This document shows positions 18,905 through 28,741 of a stretch of DNA of 64,000 nucleotides, piece after piece. Location: assembly GCA_027459725.1 (NCBI GenBank), contig DAIDHK010000001.1:131411-195410 (forward strand). Direction: 5' to 3'. Each line of letters opens with the position of its first letter. The first letter of the stretch is position 1. The notes beneath the pieces are model-generated. The model searched no databases and was not told where the DNA came from. It was given only the letters and a program-made list of their open reading frames with translations. The DNA is from Candidatus Levyibacteriota bacterium (GTDB taxonomy: Bacteria; Patescibacteriota; Microgenomatia; Levybacterales; UBA12049). A program made the translations under genes and the position numbers.

Positions 18905-19933
18905 TTAAATTGGGTGCAAGCCAGTAAATGTTAAACTTGTCGTTTCCGGCCATCCACACATTAAATTCAATGCCTGTACCGCCTGCCCAGCCGTGCCTTT
19001 AACTAAATTATCTATTGCCCCTATTACTACTAGTCGATTAGTATGTTTATCTAATTCAAAACCAATATCACAATAATTAGTTCCCTGTAGAATCTTTGGT
19101 TCAGGGTAGCGATAAAGACCGCTTTTCTCTTTGACAATCCGGATAAATGGTTCATCTCTATATACACTTTTGTATACTTTCCAAATTTCTTTCTCAGTTA
19201 TCCACTCTTTCGGTCTGGTATGAATAGTCACTAATAAACCTCTTACCATATCTATGGCTGTTGCAGAAATAGAGACATTAAGTCCAGCTAATTCCTGTTC
19301 TATCTCAGCAGTATGACGATGACCTGTTGGCATATATGAGCGCACCACACCTGAGCGTTCAGGATGATGAGAAGATAATGAAAAACTCATACCTGCTTGT
19401 GAACTGCTCATTTTTGCATCGATAATAACTTCACTTTCAATCACATTATTTTTAACCAATGGGAACAGGGAAAGTATGGAAACCGTAGCTTCACAACCAG
19501 CACATGCCACATAATCGGAATTTTTTATTTCTTCCCGATGTAATTCAGAGATACCGTAGACAAATTGTTTAAGTAAATCTGCTGAAAGATGTTTTTGGTG
19601 ATACCATTCGGTAAATTTTCCTTCATCATGTAAGCGAAAATCCGCTCCCAAATCAATGATTTTTTTTGCCTTTCTTTTAAATTTATTCATTAAACTCATT
19701 GATATTCCATTAGGCAATGCCACAATTAGTACATCACATTTTTCTAATTTTGCTGGCGATACAAATGACATATCGGTTGCTTTGCGTAAATTAGGATGAA
19801 CTAAACTTACCGGTTGATTAGCAAACTGACGTGATGTCACTTGTTGCAAAGAAACTTTAGGATGTTGAAGTAAAATCCTCAAAAGCTCACCGCCCGCATA
19901 CCCGGATCCGCCAACAATAGATACCTTAATCAT
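18905..19933 (-). CDS. lysY: N-acetyl-gamma-glutamyl-phosphate reductase family, LysY/ArgC type
   Basis: MIKVSIVGGSGYAGGELLRILLQHP Rossmann N-terminus and a semialdehyde-dehydrogenase catalytic Cys region (ACAGCEAT). 342 aa. Confidence 0.85.
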   Translation of the reverse strand: MIKVSIVGGSGYAGGELLRILLQHPKVSLQQVTSRQFANQPVSLVHPNLRKATDMSFVSPAKLEKCDVLIVALPNGISMSLMNKFKRKAKKIIDLGADFRLHDEGKFTEWYHQKHLSADLLKQFVYGISELHREEIKNSDYVACAGCEATVSILSLFPLVKNNVIESEVIIDAKMSSSQAGMSFSLSSHHPERSGVVRSYMPTGHRHTAEIEQELAGLNVSISATAIDMVRGLLVTIHTRPKEWITEKEIWKVYKSVYRDEPFIRIVKEKSGLYRYPEPKILQGTNYCDIGFELDKHTNRLVVIGAIDNLVKGTAGQAVQALNLMCGWPETTSLTFTGLHPI

Positions 19934-20778
19934 AAATTTTTATATACCTCCAAACAATAATCGATGACCTCTCCAGAAATATTCACTCCCGTTGGCTCTT
20001 CAGAATTCTTAAATTCCATAGTATGATTTATTTCATTGACCAAATATCCTTCGTCTGTTTCAAAAATATCCAGAGCCAGAATACCACCACCAACTGCATT
20101 TGAAGCATTACCGGCTAAAGTACGTAATGCTTTATTTAATTTACAATTTAAAGCTTCCCCTCCCCTGGCTGTATTAGTAATCCAATGCTCTGACTTACGA
20201 TAAATTGCACAAACCGCCTTCCCGTTTATTACGAACACTCTGATATCTCTACCTGGTTTTCTAATATACTGCTGGATATAGAGCGACTTCTGCTGTGGAG
20301 AACCGAGTACATCTTTATGTTCAATCAGCGCTTCTAAACTATCAGTATCATTCACTTTGGCTAATAGCCTACCCCATGAACCCAAGTTTGGTTTGATAAC
20401 TACTGGGTAACCTCCCATTTGCTCAATTGCTAATCGCGCTTCTTCAACCCCAAATACTAATGCAAATTTTGGTGTTGAAATTTTATTCTTCTGTAAAACT
20501 AGAGATGTCAAAAACTTATCCTCACAAATACTCGCTACTTTTGATGAGTTTATGACTTTAACACCCTGTGACTCTAAAAACTTAGTAGCATAGCCGCCTT
20601 TAACAGTAGACACACAACGTTCTAATGCTAAATCAAATTCTGTAGTATAAGTTAACGGATTAAAGACTACATTACGGACGTCAATTAATCTTATATTTAA
20701 CTTACGCTTTTTTGCAGCATCTAAAAGTAGTTTTTCATCAGCACGGATTAGAGTATGTAAAATACCGAGAGTAAGCAT
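19930..20778 (-). CDS. lysX: RimK-type ATP-grasp ligase LysX/ArgX (amino acid--LysW ligase)
   Basis: 282 aa ATP-grasp (VVIKPNLGSWGRLLAKV...). 4-nt overlap with lysY. Immediately downstream of lysW. Confidence 0.8.
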   Translation of the reverse strand: MLTLGILHTLIRADEKLLLDAAKKRKLNIRLIDVRNVVFNPLTYTTEFDLALERCVSTVKGGYATKFLESQGVKVINSSKVASICEDKFLTSLVLQKNKISTPKFALVFGVEEARLAIEQMGGYPVVIKPNLGSWGRLLAKVNDTDSLEALIEHKDVLGSPQQKSLYIQQYIRKPGRDIRVFVINGKAVCAIYRKSEHWITNTARGGEALNCKLNKALRTLAGNASNAVGGGILALDIFETDEGYLVNEINHTMEFKNSEEPTGVNISGEVIDYCLEVYKNL

Positions 20779-20802
20779 ATATTTATGTGTATTTGTGGTG
20801 TC

Positions 20803-20985
20803 TTACTCTCCCCAATCCTCCTCAACTTCAGGAGCCTCTTTTAAGACAGCTTTATTGTCGTTCAAATTGTCTATTACCAGACGTGATTTACAATCTGCAC
20901 ATGAAATAACTTCGGCAACCTGAGTTGAAGGAACCAACTTAGTTGTAGCATCACATACAGGACATACTGCAAGAATATTTTTCAT
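20803..20985 (-). CDS. lysW: Amino-group carrier protein LysW/AmCP
   Basis: 60 aa, zinc ribbon CPVC...CADC, acidic tail ending EEDWGE (the hallmark C-terminal Glu used for isopeptide attachment). Confidence 0.8.
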   Translation of the reverse strand: MKNILAVCPVCDATTKLVPSTQVAEVISCADCKSRLVIDNLNDNKAVLKEAPEVEEDWGE

Positions 20986-21036
20986 AATAATTCCATTATA
21001 TTATTTGATTTTCTATAGTCAATTTATTCACAATAT

Positions 21037-21723
21037 TTGACAATTATTTTAATTAATGTTACATATGTAACAATGATTACTACTACTGAAATAGTAAAGG
21101 ATATTATTCAAACTTCACCTCTGTTGGAAGATGGTCTGGCAAAAGGCATTATTAGTTACTCAGCTCTAGCAAGAGATATTAAACCAATTATTGAAAGAAG
21201 ATTATTAAAAAAAGTTACAAGAGGCGCTATCGTCATGGCTATTAAAAGATCAAGTATAAATTTAAAAAGAAGCAAAAAGCTTATAGAGAATATAGTAAGC
21301 TTAAGTAGCCTTACTGTAAGATCCAATCTTATCGAGTTGACATATCAAAACTCAGATACAATAGTTGAAAAACACAAAAAACTTTTTCTTTTGGCAGAGA
21401 AAAAAAATAATGCATTATATACCCTTTCTCAAGGTATTAGAGAAAGTATGATAGTGGTGGATGCCAATTTGGAGCATGATGTAGAAAATATATTGCTGGA
21501 TGAAAAACTTATTAAAAAAATTAGAAACTTATCCTCAATCACAATACTATTGTCCAAAGATACAGTTAATATTCCTGGAGTCTACTATTCTATCCTGAAA
21601 CTATTAGCATGGAACAGCATTAGTGTTGTTGATGTTGTATCAACTCTATCAGAGCTAACTATTGTTCTGGAAGACGCCTATGTGGATAAGGCGTTCTCCC
21701 TACTTAAAAACTACAATCTTTAG
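21037..21723 (+). CDS. Hypothetical protein with ACT-like C-terminal region, divergent from lysW
   Basis: The C-terminal SISVVDVVSTLSELTIVLED pattern resembles ACT/regulatory amino-acid-binding folds. The real start is probably MITTTEIV.... No firm family. Confidence 0.3.
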   Translation: MTIILINVTYVTMITTTEIVKDIIQTSPLLEDGLAKGIISYSALARDIKPIIERRLLKKVTRGAIVMAIKRSSINLKRSKKLIENIVSLSSLTVRSNLIELTYQNSDTIVEKHKKLFLLAEKKNNALYTLSQGIRESMIVVDANLEHDVENILLDEKLIKKIRNLSSITILLSKDTVNIPGVYYSILKLLAWNSISVVDVVSTLSELTIVLEDAYVDKAFSLLKNYNL

Positions 21724-21734
21724 AAAAAATAGCT

Positions 21735-22688
21735 TTAAATTAGCGGGTCAATAACAACATAATTATTTTCAGGATCATGTAATCCATTTTTCTTGATCAT
21801 AACATTACCCCAATTTATATCATAATGTTGAAAGGACGGAGACCAATACCTATCTTTAATAGGATCAATAATTTTTTTAGCGGCTATTGCGATCTTAGGA
21901 ATTGAATCAAAAGCAAAATCCCAAACTCCATCGATAATTCTATCATCCTTTTCCAACACACCAGATCTCTGCAACTTCTCATAGTCATCAATTATTTGTG
22001 CAATAGTATAACCTTCTATATTCTCCTGAATTAGTATTTCACTAGATCCTAAATATACCTCGGGGACAGGTATGCCATTTTCTCCTAAATGACGCAAGGC
22101 AATATAATTTCCTAAGCCAGTTACTCCACTAAGATTCCATTCTTTTCCTGTTGTATCATCTTCATATTTTTTCCTGCCTACAGATGCTTTCCATCTTTGT
22201 TCTGAATAAGGAAATGCAAAGTTAAAGTACTTTATACAAAGATCAGGATAAGCTCGTTCTACAGTCTTAGGAGAGAAGCCTACTGCACCGTATCCACCAC
22301 CTCTAAAATTAGAAAAGCTGATAGAACCAGAACATACACTGTTTAAGAATAGCTTTAGTATTTCTCCAGCCTTTCTTCTATTTGTTAAATTTACCACCAA
22401 TCTATCCAGTACTACTTTATATCCCTCTTTCCTCGAGACATCCCGAACTGCATAACCATGTACTGCATTGGTTATCATGCAATCCACATGACCACCTTTA
22501 GAAAAATACATTAAATCTAAAGACTCCGGTGCAGTTGAAGATAACCTAGACAAATCGACTGAGTCTACTCTATCCACTGGAGTGTCTGCCATAAAAACAT
22601 TATATGGCCTAGCTTTTGGGCTCTTATGATGAAACTCACTTCTGGCCCGGGCGAACTCTGCTGGAATTTCTCTACCTTCTATCTCCAT
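21735..22688 (-). CDS. Protein-kinase-like fold phosphotransferase (APH/choline-kinase-like), function unknown
   Basis: HYDINWGNVMI (HxDxxxxN catalytic loop) and VVIDP (DFG/IDxE-like) near the C-terminus. Gly-rich FRGGGYGAVGF earlier. 317 aa. Confidence 0.35.
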   Translation of the reverse strand: MEIEGREIPAEFARARSEFHHKSPKARPYNVFMADTPVDRVDSVDLSRLSSTAPESLDLMYFSKGGHVDCMITNAVHGYAVRDVSRKEGYKVVLDRLVVNLTNRRKAGEILKLFLNSVCSGSISFSNFRGGGYGAVGFSPKTVERAYPDLCIKYFNFAFPYSEQRWKASVGRKKYEDDTTGKEWNLSGVTGLGNYIALRHLGENGIPVPEVYLGSSEILIQENIEGYTIAQIIDDYEKLQRSGVLEKDDRIIDGVWDFAFDSIPKIAIAAKKIIDPIKDRYWSPSFQHYDINWGNVMIKKNGLHDPENNYVVIDPLI

Positions 22689-22740
22689 AGCTACAACTAA
22701 GGAGGCATTTTATCATATCCTTATATCTTTATGATAAATT

Positions 22741-23706
22741 TTATTTAACCTTGAGGATTTGCACTTCAGGCTCGGGGGTAAAATTAAATGTTTGTGTAAA
22801 CCTATCCTGAATTGCATTAATAATAGTCAAAACATCTTCTGCTTTTGCATTACCCATATTGGATATGTAATTATTATGTTTCTCCGAAACTTGCGCACCT
22901 CCTACTTTATATCCAGCAAAACCTAAGCGACCAATAATATATGCCATGGAAACTTTTCCATACCATTTTGTTTTAACAAGTAACTCTACGTCAGGCCATA
23001 CTTGAATTATTCTTTGTACTTGATCCAATTGATTAATATTCTTAAACACCGAACCGCAAGAAGGATACTCAAGGGGATGATGTGATTTACGATAATCTAT
23101 ATTAGTCTGACAAATTTCCTTTTGTTTTTCAATTTCAATTGCGTCAGCCTTTTGTAATTTAAAAGTAGCAGTAACAATTATTAAGTTAGGATTATGTTTA
23201 AAATAACTATCCCGATAAGCAAACTCGCATTGTGATTGATCAATAGTCTGCAGTTTTAATTGGGGATCTGAGAGATCTATATAACCTACAGTACTAATAG
23301 TATCTTTTATTTCCGACCCAAAACACCCCGCATTTCCTCTTACGGCTCCCCCTACCGTGCTGGGCAATCCACCCGCCCAGGCCAGACCCGCCAAATTGTG
23401 CGTAAAAGAGAAATCTATTAAATCAGCAATTTTAACTCCTGCAAAAGCCACTATATATTTCCCATCAATCTGCAAAGATGAGTTGTCGCCTGTTATATGT
23501 AAAACTACACCATCCAAATCTTCATCTGGCAAAAGCAAATTACATCCAAGACCCAAGATATAGACCGGAGAAAGTTTATTAATTTTTATAAACTCTAATG
23601 CTTCTATAACCTCCTCTATAGAAGAAGCTTCAATAAAAATTTTAGCATTACCTCCTATACCATAGTAGGTAATTTTGGAGAGATTTATATCTTGCTTTAC
23701 TTCCAT
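22741..23706 (-). CDS. murB: UDP-N-acetylenolpyruvoylglucosamine reductase
   Basis: FAD-binding N-terminal region YYGIGGNAKIFIEA... and MurB C-terminal domain. 321 aa. Confidence 0.8.
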   Translation of the reverse strand: MEVKQDINLSKITYYGIGGNAKIFIEASSIEEVIEALEFIKINKLSPVYILGLGCNLLLPDEDLDGVVLHITGDNSSLQIDGKYIVAFAGVKIADLIDFSFTHNLAGLAWAGGLPSTVGGAVRGNAGCFGSEIKDTISTVGYIDLSDPQLKLQTIDQSQCEFAYRDSYFKHNPNLIIVTATFKLQKADAIEIEKQKEICQTNIDYRKSHHPLEYPSCGSVFKNINQLDQVQRIIQVWPDVELLVKTKWYGKVSMAYIIGRLGFAGYKVGGAQVSEKHNNYISNMGNAKAEDVLTIINAIQDRFTQTFNFTPEPEVQILKVK

Positions 23707-23789
23707 ATATTTTAAGAAATCAGAGAGGGTGACTAATTAACTTTAACAGTAGTATAACAAATATTAAGTTAACTGAAAAATTAGTGGCT

Positions 23790-24290
23790 TTATTGAATAG
23801 ATACAACAGTATAAACTACTTTCCCTGCCGGTGCTTCAACTTCCACTGTCTCACCCATTCCTTTCCCTAAAAGGGCTTTGCCTAAAGGCGATTCGTGTGA
23901 AATCTTTCTAGCAATTGGATCGGCTTCCCACTCTCCTACAAGAGTATAAGTTTCAGTTTTACCATCTATTTTAAGATTAACCCTTGAACCTATGGCTATG
24001 CTTTTATCCTTACCCTTAACGGAACCTTCCTCCTTAACTACTATTGCTTTTTTAATCAGCTCTTCAATCTCCTCAATCCTTCCATCAATAAAACTCAATT
24101 CCTCACGTGCAGCTGAATATTCTGCATTCTCCGATAAATCACCCATGTCACGAGCATCAGAAACACGATCAACTATTTGAGGTCTTTTAACCTTTACCAA
24201 CTCCTCGTATTCTTTTTTAAGTTCTTCCAAACCTTCTTGTGTCAGTAAAACTTTTTTGTTATCCATATTATTTATTAAAAAACTCTCCAT
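23790..24290 (-). CDS. greA: Transcription elongation factor GreA
   Basis: LTQEGLEELKKEYEEL... coiled-coil finger with DLSENAEYSAAREE and a C-terminal FKBP-like domain. 166 aa. Confidence 0.9.
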   Translation of the reverse strand: MESFLINNMDNKKVLLTQEGLEELKKEYEELVKVKRPQIVDRVSDARDMGDLSENAEYSAAREELSFIDGRIEEIEELIKKAIVVKEEGSVKGKDKSIAIGSRVNLKIDGKTETYTLVGEWEADPIARKISHESPLGKALLGKGMGETVEVEAPAGKVVYTVVSIQ

Positions 24291-24364
24291 TAATTTAAAA
24301 CTGGGAGAGATGTATAATCTCTGCGAGTATAAATAATACCGTTTTCATTGTCAATGTCCCATAA

Positions 24365-25249
24365 TTATATATTTTTCACATTTTTTTCACGAATATTATA
24401 TTGGTTTATTACTCTTATCCTATAATCTTTAGGATGAAAGGCAGCCATATGAGCGTTAACTATTTCCGTAGTTTTATGTCGATTTATTAGCATGAACTGT
24501 ATCCACCGGGAGGGATATTCGAAAATGGCTATTATATAACACAGTACAGAATTAATAATATCTCCTCTCCCATTCATATTAAACTCTAGATGCGGATTGT
24601 AGTTAGCTAAATATTTAGCATACCAGATATTTGAAAAAAGCAACTTACGGTAGAAATTAGCTCTATCAAATAGTGGTTTAAGTTGAATTAATTCATAAGC
24701 AGTATAAAGATCCTGATGATTTTTACTAAAGTCAAGATTTGCTTCGTCCATAAAAAAATTCAGACAAATACTGTCAGGAGCATATTTCACGCTGCGCTTA
24801 CGTCTCCTCTTTAAAAATTGCAATATTATTAAGGATAAAAGTCTGGAGATCCATAACCTATTCCTGGCAGTAATTATAAACAAATCGACGTCAGCATTAA
24901 AATCTGCATTTTCCCTGGCAAGACTGCCGCTTAGACCGATAAATTTAATTGTAGGAATTTTAGCAATAATTTTGATTACTCCTATAGCAGAATTTAATTT
25001 ATTCTGACTGATTGAAAATCTGTTTTTACGTACGGAGATGATTTTTTGCCTGTTTTTCAGACAATAAAAAGGACGCCTATATTCAATATTTTCTAGTTTG
25101 ACTCCATCTAATTCGTCTTTAAAATACTGCCAGCTGACAGGAATTGGAGTTATTAGATATTTAAAGATTTCCTTTTCTGTTAGCGGATAATCAAATATAT
25201 CGCTGTATTTTAATGTCTGAATTATTGCCAGCTTTAGATTTGTGTTCAT
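24365..25249 (-). CDS. Polymerase-beta-superfamily nucleotidyltransferase domain protein
   Basis: GLSGSLARENADFNADVDLFII (GS...DxD nucleotidyltransferase motif). 294 aa. Confidence 0.5.
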   Translation of the reverse strand: MNTNLKLAIIQTLKYSDIFDYPLTEKEIFKYLITPIPVSWQYFKDELDGVKLENIEYRRPFYCLKNRQKIISVRKNRFSISQNKLNSAIGVIKIIAKIPTIKFIGLSGSLARENADFNADVDLFIITARNRLWISRLLSLIILQFLKRRRKRSVKYAPDSICLNFFMDEANLDFSKNHQDLYTAYELIQLKPLFDRANFYRKLLFSNIWYAKYLANYNPHLEFNMNGRGDIINSVLCYIIAIFEYPSRWIQFMLINRHKTTEIVNAHMAAFHPKDYRIRVINQYNIREKNVKNI

Positions 25250-25293
25250 AATTTAAGCACTATTATGCCACAAGCGAACTAATTAGCAATAAT

Positions 25294-26784
25294 TTATTGT
25301 ACGTATTGCTGTATAACCTGATTCACACCGTTAGCTAATACATTAACAGCATCAGAAAGAGAACCATTTGCTGCCAAATCATTTACTGCCTGTTTCAAAT
25401 AGCTATTGCTCTTATCATTAAGCCCATTATCATAGGTATTATCATTAAATATAGTGGAAACTGCGTCTGGACCCTGAACTTCAAATGGATAAAGCAAGGA
25501 ATTGGATTTGAGAGTAGTAGCTAAATCCATACGTGCATAAGGCTCTCCATATCCTCTGACTTTTGCAGCACTCGCATAAAATTCCTGTTGTGTAGTTTTT
25601 TGATTTAAGAAATTCATAAATTCCATCGCTTCTTGCATATGCTGACTGTGTATTGACACTCCCTCAACCCAATAGCTAGCTATTGTACGTTTCACTCCCA
25701 GATCAGAAGGCATAGGATATATCTGAAAATGCAGATTGGGATTTAACCTCTGAATGTTGGAAATATCCCATGAATAACCGATATACATTGCTAAATTGCC
25801 TGCAGCAAACATCTGTAAAGAACTAGGCAAAGTACTACTCCAGGTTGCATTACTACTATTGGTGAATTGCATGAAAAAATTCAATGCAGACTCTGCTCCA
25901 GATTGATTGGCTGAAATATTGGTGTAATCTACGTTGCTTTCGGATAATAATAACCCTAATATATCTGGGCCATTATTAATATTCTGTAAAGAACCTAATG
26001 CGATACCTGAGGTAGTAATAGTTCCATCTGAACCTTTAACTGTCATCTGCGGAGCATCCACTTGCACATCGTTCCAGTCAGACGGAATCTTAACTCCAGC
26101 CTTCTGAAATATTTCCGGGTTGACATACAATGCTAGCGTATCAAAATCCAGCGGAATTCCATAAATTGCCCCGTTATGAACTAAATCCTGACTCACTACG
26201 GGAAAATAAGTATTGCCGAAATCCTGAGGAGAAACCACAGATTGAGACATCGGGGCTAAAACTCCTGCTAATTCAGGGTACCAATTGTTATGAAACCTGA
26301 AAATGTCAGGACCGTTTCCCGCATTAATTCGTGCAATCAGGCGCTTTGGATATTCCTGGTTTTCGTTATATAGACTTTTGATATCCTGCAATTGGTAGTC
26401 AATGGTTATATTGGGATGCTCTTTCTCAAAAGAATCAATTACTGGCTGCATAATATTTTTATCATCCCATAAACCCCAGTAAACCAGAGTCACATGTCCC
26501 TGGTTTTGCTTATTCATATTTGGCAGAACTATGAATAAAATAACCCCTAAAACAATCACTAATAAAAGAATTCCTAAACCTAATTTAAATAAAATTCCCA
26601 GTGAGGATCGCGGCCTAGGCGGCGGCGGTGGAGTGGCTGGCGGAGGAGTCATCCAACTTTGGTTCTGCCGAAAAGCGCTCACTGGTTGAGACGAAGCAGG
26701 TTGAGCTGGAGCAGTAGGGACGGCACCTGAAATACTATTTGGAGCTGATACATTTTTAGGATCAAATAAAACATTTTCTGGCAT
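25294..26784 (-). CDS. Membrane-anchored ABC transporter substrate-binding protein (sugar/oligosaccharide type)
   Basis: Pro-rich cytoplasmic N-terminus, one TM segment, then a family-1 solute-binding fold (VTLVYWGLWDDK...). Confidence 0.7.
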   Translation of the reverse strand: MPENVLFDPKNVSAPNSISGAVPTAPAQPASSQPVSAFRQNQSWMTPPPATPPPPPRPRSSLGILFKLGLGILLLVIVLGVILFIVLPNMNKQNQGHVTLVYWGLWDDKNIMQPVIDSFEKEHPNITIDYQLQDIKSLYNENQEYPKRLIARINAGNGPDIFRFHNNWYPELAGVLAPMSQSVVSPQDFGNTYFPVVSQDLVHNGAIYGIPLDFDTLALYVNPEIFQKAGVKIPSDWNDVQVDAPQMTVKGSDGTITTSGIALGSLQNINNGPDILGLLLSESNVDYTNISANQSGAESALNFFMQFTNSSNATWSSTLPSSLQMFAAGNLAMYIGYSWDISNIQRLNPNLHFQIYPMPSDLGVKRTIASYWVEGVSIHSQHMQEAMEFMNFLNQKTTQQEFYASAAKVRGYGEPYARMDLATTLKSNSLLYPFEVQGPDAVSTIFNDNTYDNGLNDKSNSYLKQAVNDLAANGSLSDAVNVLANGVNQVIQQYVQ

Positions 26785-26835
26785 AATACTCTTTCTCTAT
26801 AGTATAATATTCTCCAACCTTCTGGCAAACTGTCT

Positions 26836-28260
26836 ATGAGATTAAAACCAACTCACTTACATCATCATGTAATTCATTTCTCCCGTATGATTTTCTGGTT
26901 CATGATAGGTGGAGTTCTGGGTTTGATATTTTTTGTAAGCTTCCTGCTTATATTCTATCAACATATATATTACCAAAAAGTCTATCCTGGTGTAATGATA
27001 AACGGAGTTAATTTTGAAGGACAAACACAAAATCAAGTCAGAAATTATTTTTTACAACAAAATGCTAAAATTGCTGATAATAAAGTTACTCTTACCTATA
27101 AAAATCAAATAGCCACAGCATCTGCCTCTCAATTACAACTGGGTTATAATGCCGACTTACTGGCACAACAAGCCATAAGCATCGGCCGTTCAGAAGATAT
27201 TTTCAGCAACGCAAGTTTATTATGGCAAGCTTATACCAGTAATGTTTCGTTGCCTCCTACCTATCAGTACGATCAACTGTCTTTAACTAACCTGTTAAAC
27301 CCATTGGAGAGGGACATAAACAAAAAGCCTGTTAATGCTTCCTTTACTATCATTAACTCGCATGTAACAGCTTTCCAATTGGCTCAATACGGACAAAAAG
27401 TAGATGATGCTCAAGTTTATCAGAATCTTCTATTACTGATTCCACAAATGCTGCGCCATCCCGAGGATAAATATGTAAAGTTTACTTTACCTGTTACAAC
27501 TCTTAAGCCTCAAGTCACCGACCAAAGTATGCAAAGTTATGGTATTACTCAGCTTATCGCCACAGGTACTTCATTATTTGCCGGATCAAATCCCAGTCGT
27601 GTATATAACATAGGCTTGGCCGCAAGCCGTTTAGACGGAACACTCGTTCCTCCTGGCCAAATATTCTCTTTCAATAAAGCAGTTGGCGATATCTCATCAC
27701 TGACGGGCTACAAACAAGCATATGTAATTTCTAATGGCCATACAGTATTAGGTGATGGAGGCGGAGTATGTCAGGTCTCGACTACTATGTTCAGAGCAAT
27801 TCTTAATGCAGGCTTACCAGTTGTGGAGAGACATGCTCATGATTATGAAGTTGATTATTATACCGAAGATGCACCATTAGGATTAGATGCTGCTATTTAT
27901 CAACCGACAGATGATCTGAAGTTCAAGAATGATACAGGTCATTATATCCTAATACATTCTATTTTCCAGCCTGAGGAAAATAGTTTAACCTTTGAATTCT
28001 ATGGTACTAGCGATGGTAGAAAGGTCAGTATTACGCAACCAGTAATAACCAATGTTCGACCTGCACCCCCACCTCTATATCAGAATGACCCCAATTTGCC
28101 AGCCGGAACGATACAGCAAACTGACTTTGCCGCTCCAGGCGCACATGTCTCTTTTACCCGGACTGTTACCAGAGATGGGAAAACTATTTATTTCGATACA
28201 TTCACATCAGATTATCAACCGTGGCAAGCTGTATACTTAAAAGGGACCAAAACAAATTAA
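26836..28260 (+). CDS. VanW-family protein with N-terminal TM anchor
   Basis: VanW-domain signature GDGGGVCQVSTTMFRA. 474 aa. Confidence 0.7.
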   Translation: MRLKPTHLHHHVIHFSRMIFWFMIGGVLGLIFFVSFLLIFYQHIYYQKVYPGVMINGVNFEGQTQNQVRNYFLQQNAKIADNKVTLTYKNQIATASASQLQLGYNADLLAQQAISIGRSEDIFSNASLLWQAYTSNVSLPPTYQYDQLSLTNLLNPLERDINKKPVNASFTIINSHVTAFQLAQYGQKVDDAQVYQNLLLLIPQMLRHPEDKYVKFTLPVTTLKPQVTDQSMQSYGITQLIATGTSLFAGSNPSRVYNIGLAASRLDGTLVPPGQIFSFNKAVGDISSLTGYKQAYVISNGHTVLGDGGGVCQVSTTMFRAILNAGLPVVERHAHDYEVDYYTEDAPLGLDAAIYQPTDDLKFKNDTGHYILIHSIFQPEENSLTFEFYGTSDGRKVSITQPVITNVRPAPPPLYQNDPNLPAGTIQQTDFAAPGAHVSFTRTVTRDGKTIYFDTFTSDYQPWQAVYLKGTKTN

Positions 28261-28261
28261 T

Positions 28262-28741
28262 ATGATTCTTTCTCTCCAGCAATTACAAAAACAAAATCTC
28301 CCAATTAAACCCAATAGAAAACTTATTTTAGTCGGAGGATGTTTTGATATTTTACACAGAGGCCACATTGAATTTATAAAAAAAGCCAAGATGCAGGGGG
28401 ATGTCTTAGTAGTTTTACTCGAAAGTGATAATTCTATTAGACAAAAAAAGGGGTCGAGTAGACCGATAAATTCTCAATTAGACCGGGCTGAATTTCTGCA
28501 AGAATTAAGAAGTGTTGATCATGTGGTCTTAATGCCTGAGAATACAACTAATCAAGATTACTATGAGGTGACCAAATTGCTAAAACCTGCTATAATCGCA
28601 ACTACTAAAGGGGATCCTGCAAGACGAGAAAAGGAATTATGTGCTAAGGCAGTCAACGGACAAGTTGTAGATGTCATTGACTATATAGCTGCCAAATCTT
28701 CATCTCGCATTGCTGATCTTCTTAAAAAAGAAGACTTATGA
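28262..28741 (+). CDS. Cytidylyl/adenylyltransferase-like protein (RfaE domain II / TagD-like)
   Basis: LVGGCFDILHRGHIEFIKKAK (HxGH nucleotidyltransferase motif). 159 aa. Confidence 0.6.
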   Translation: MILSLQQLQKQNLPIKPNRKLILVGGCFDILHRGHIEFIKKAKMQGDVLVVLLESDNSIRQKKGSSRPINSQLDRAEFLQELRSVDHVVLMPENTTNQDYYEVTKLLKPAIIATTKGDPARREKELCAKAVNGQVVDVIDYIAAKSSSRIADLLKKEDL

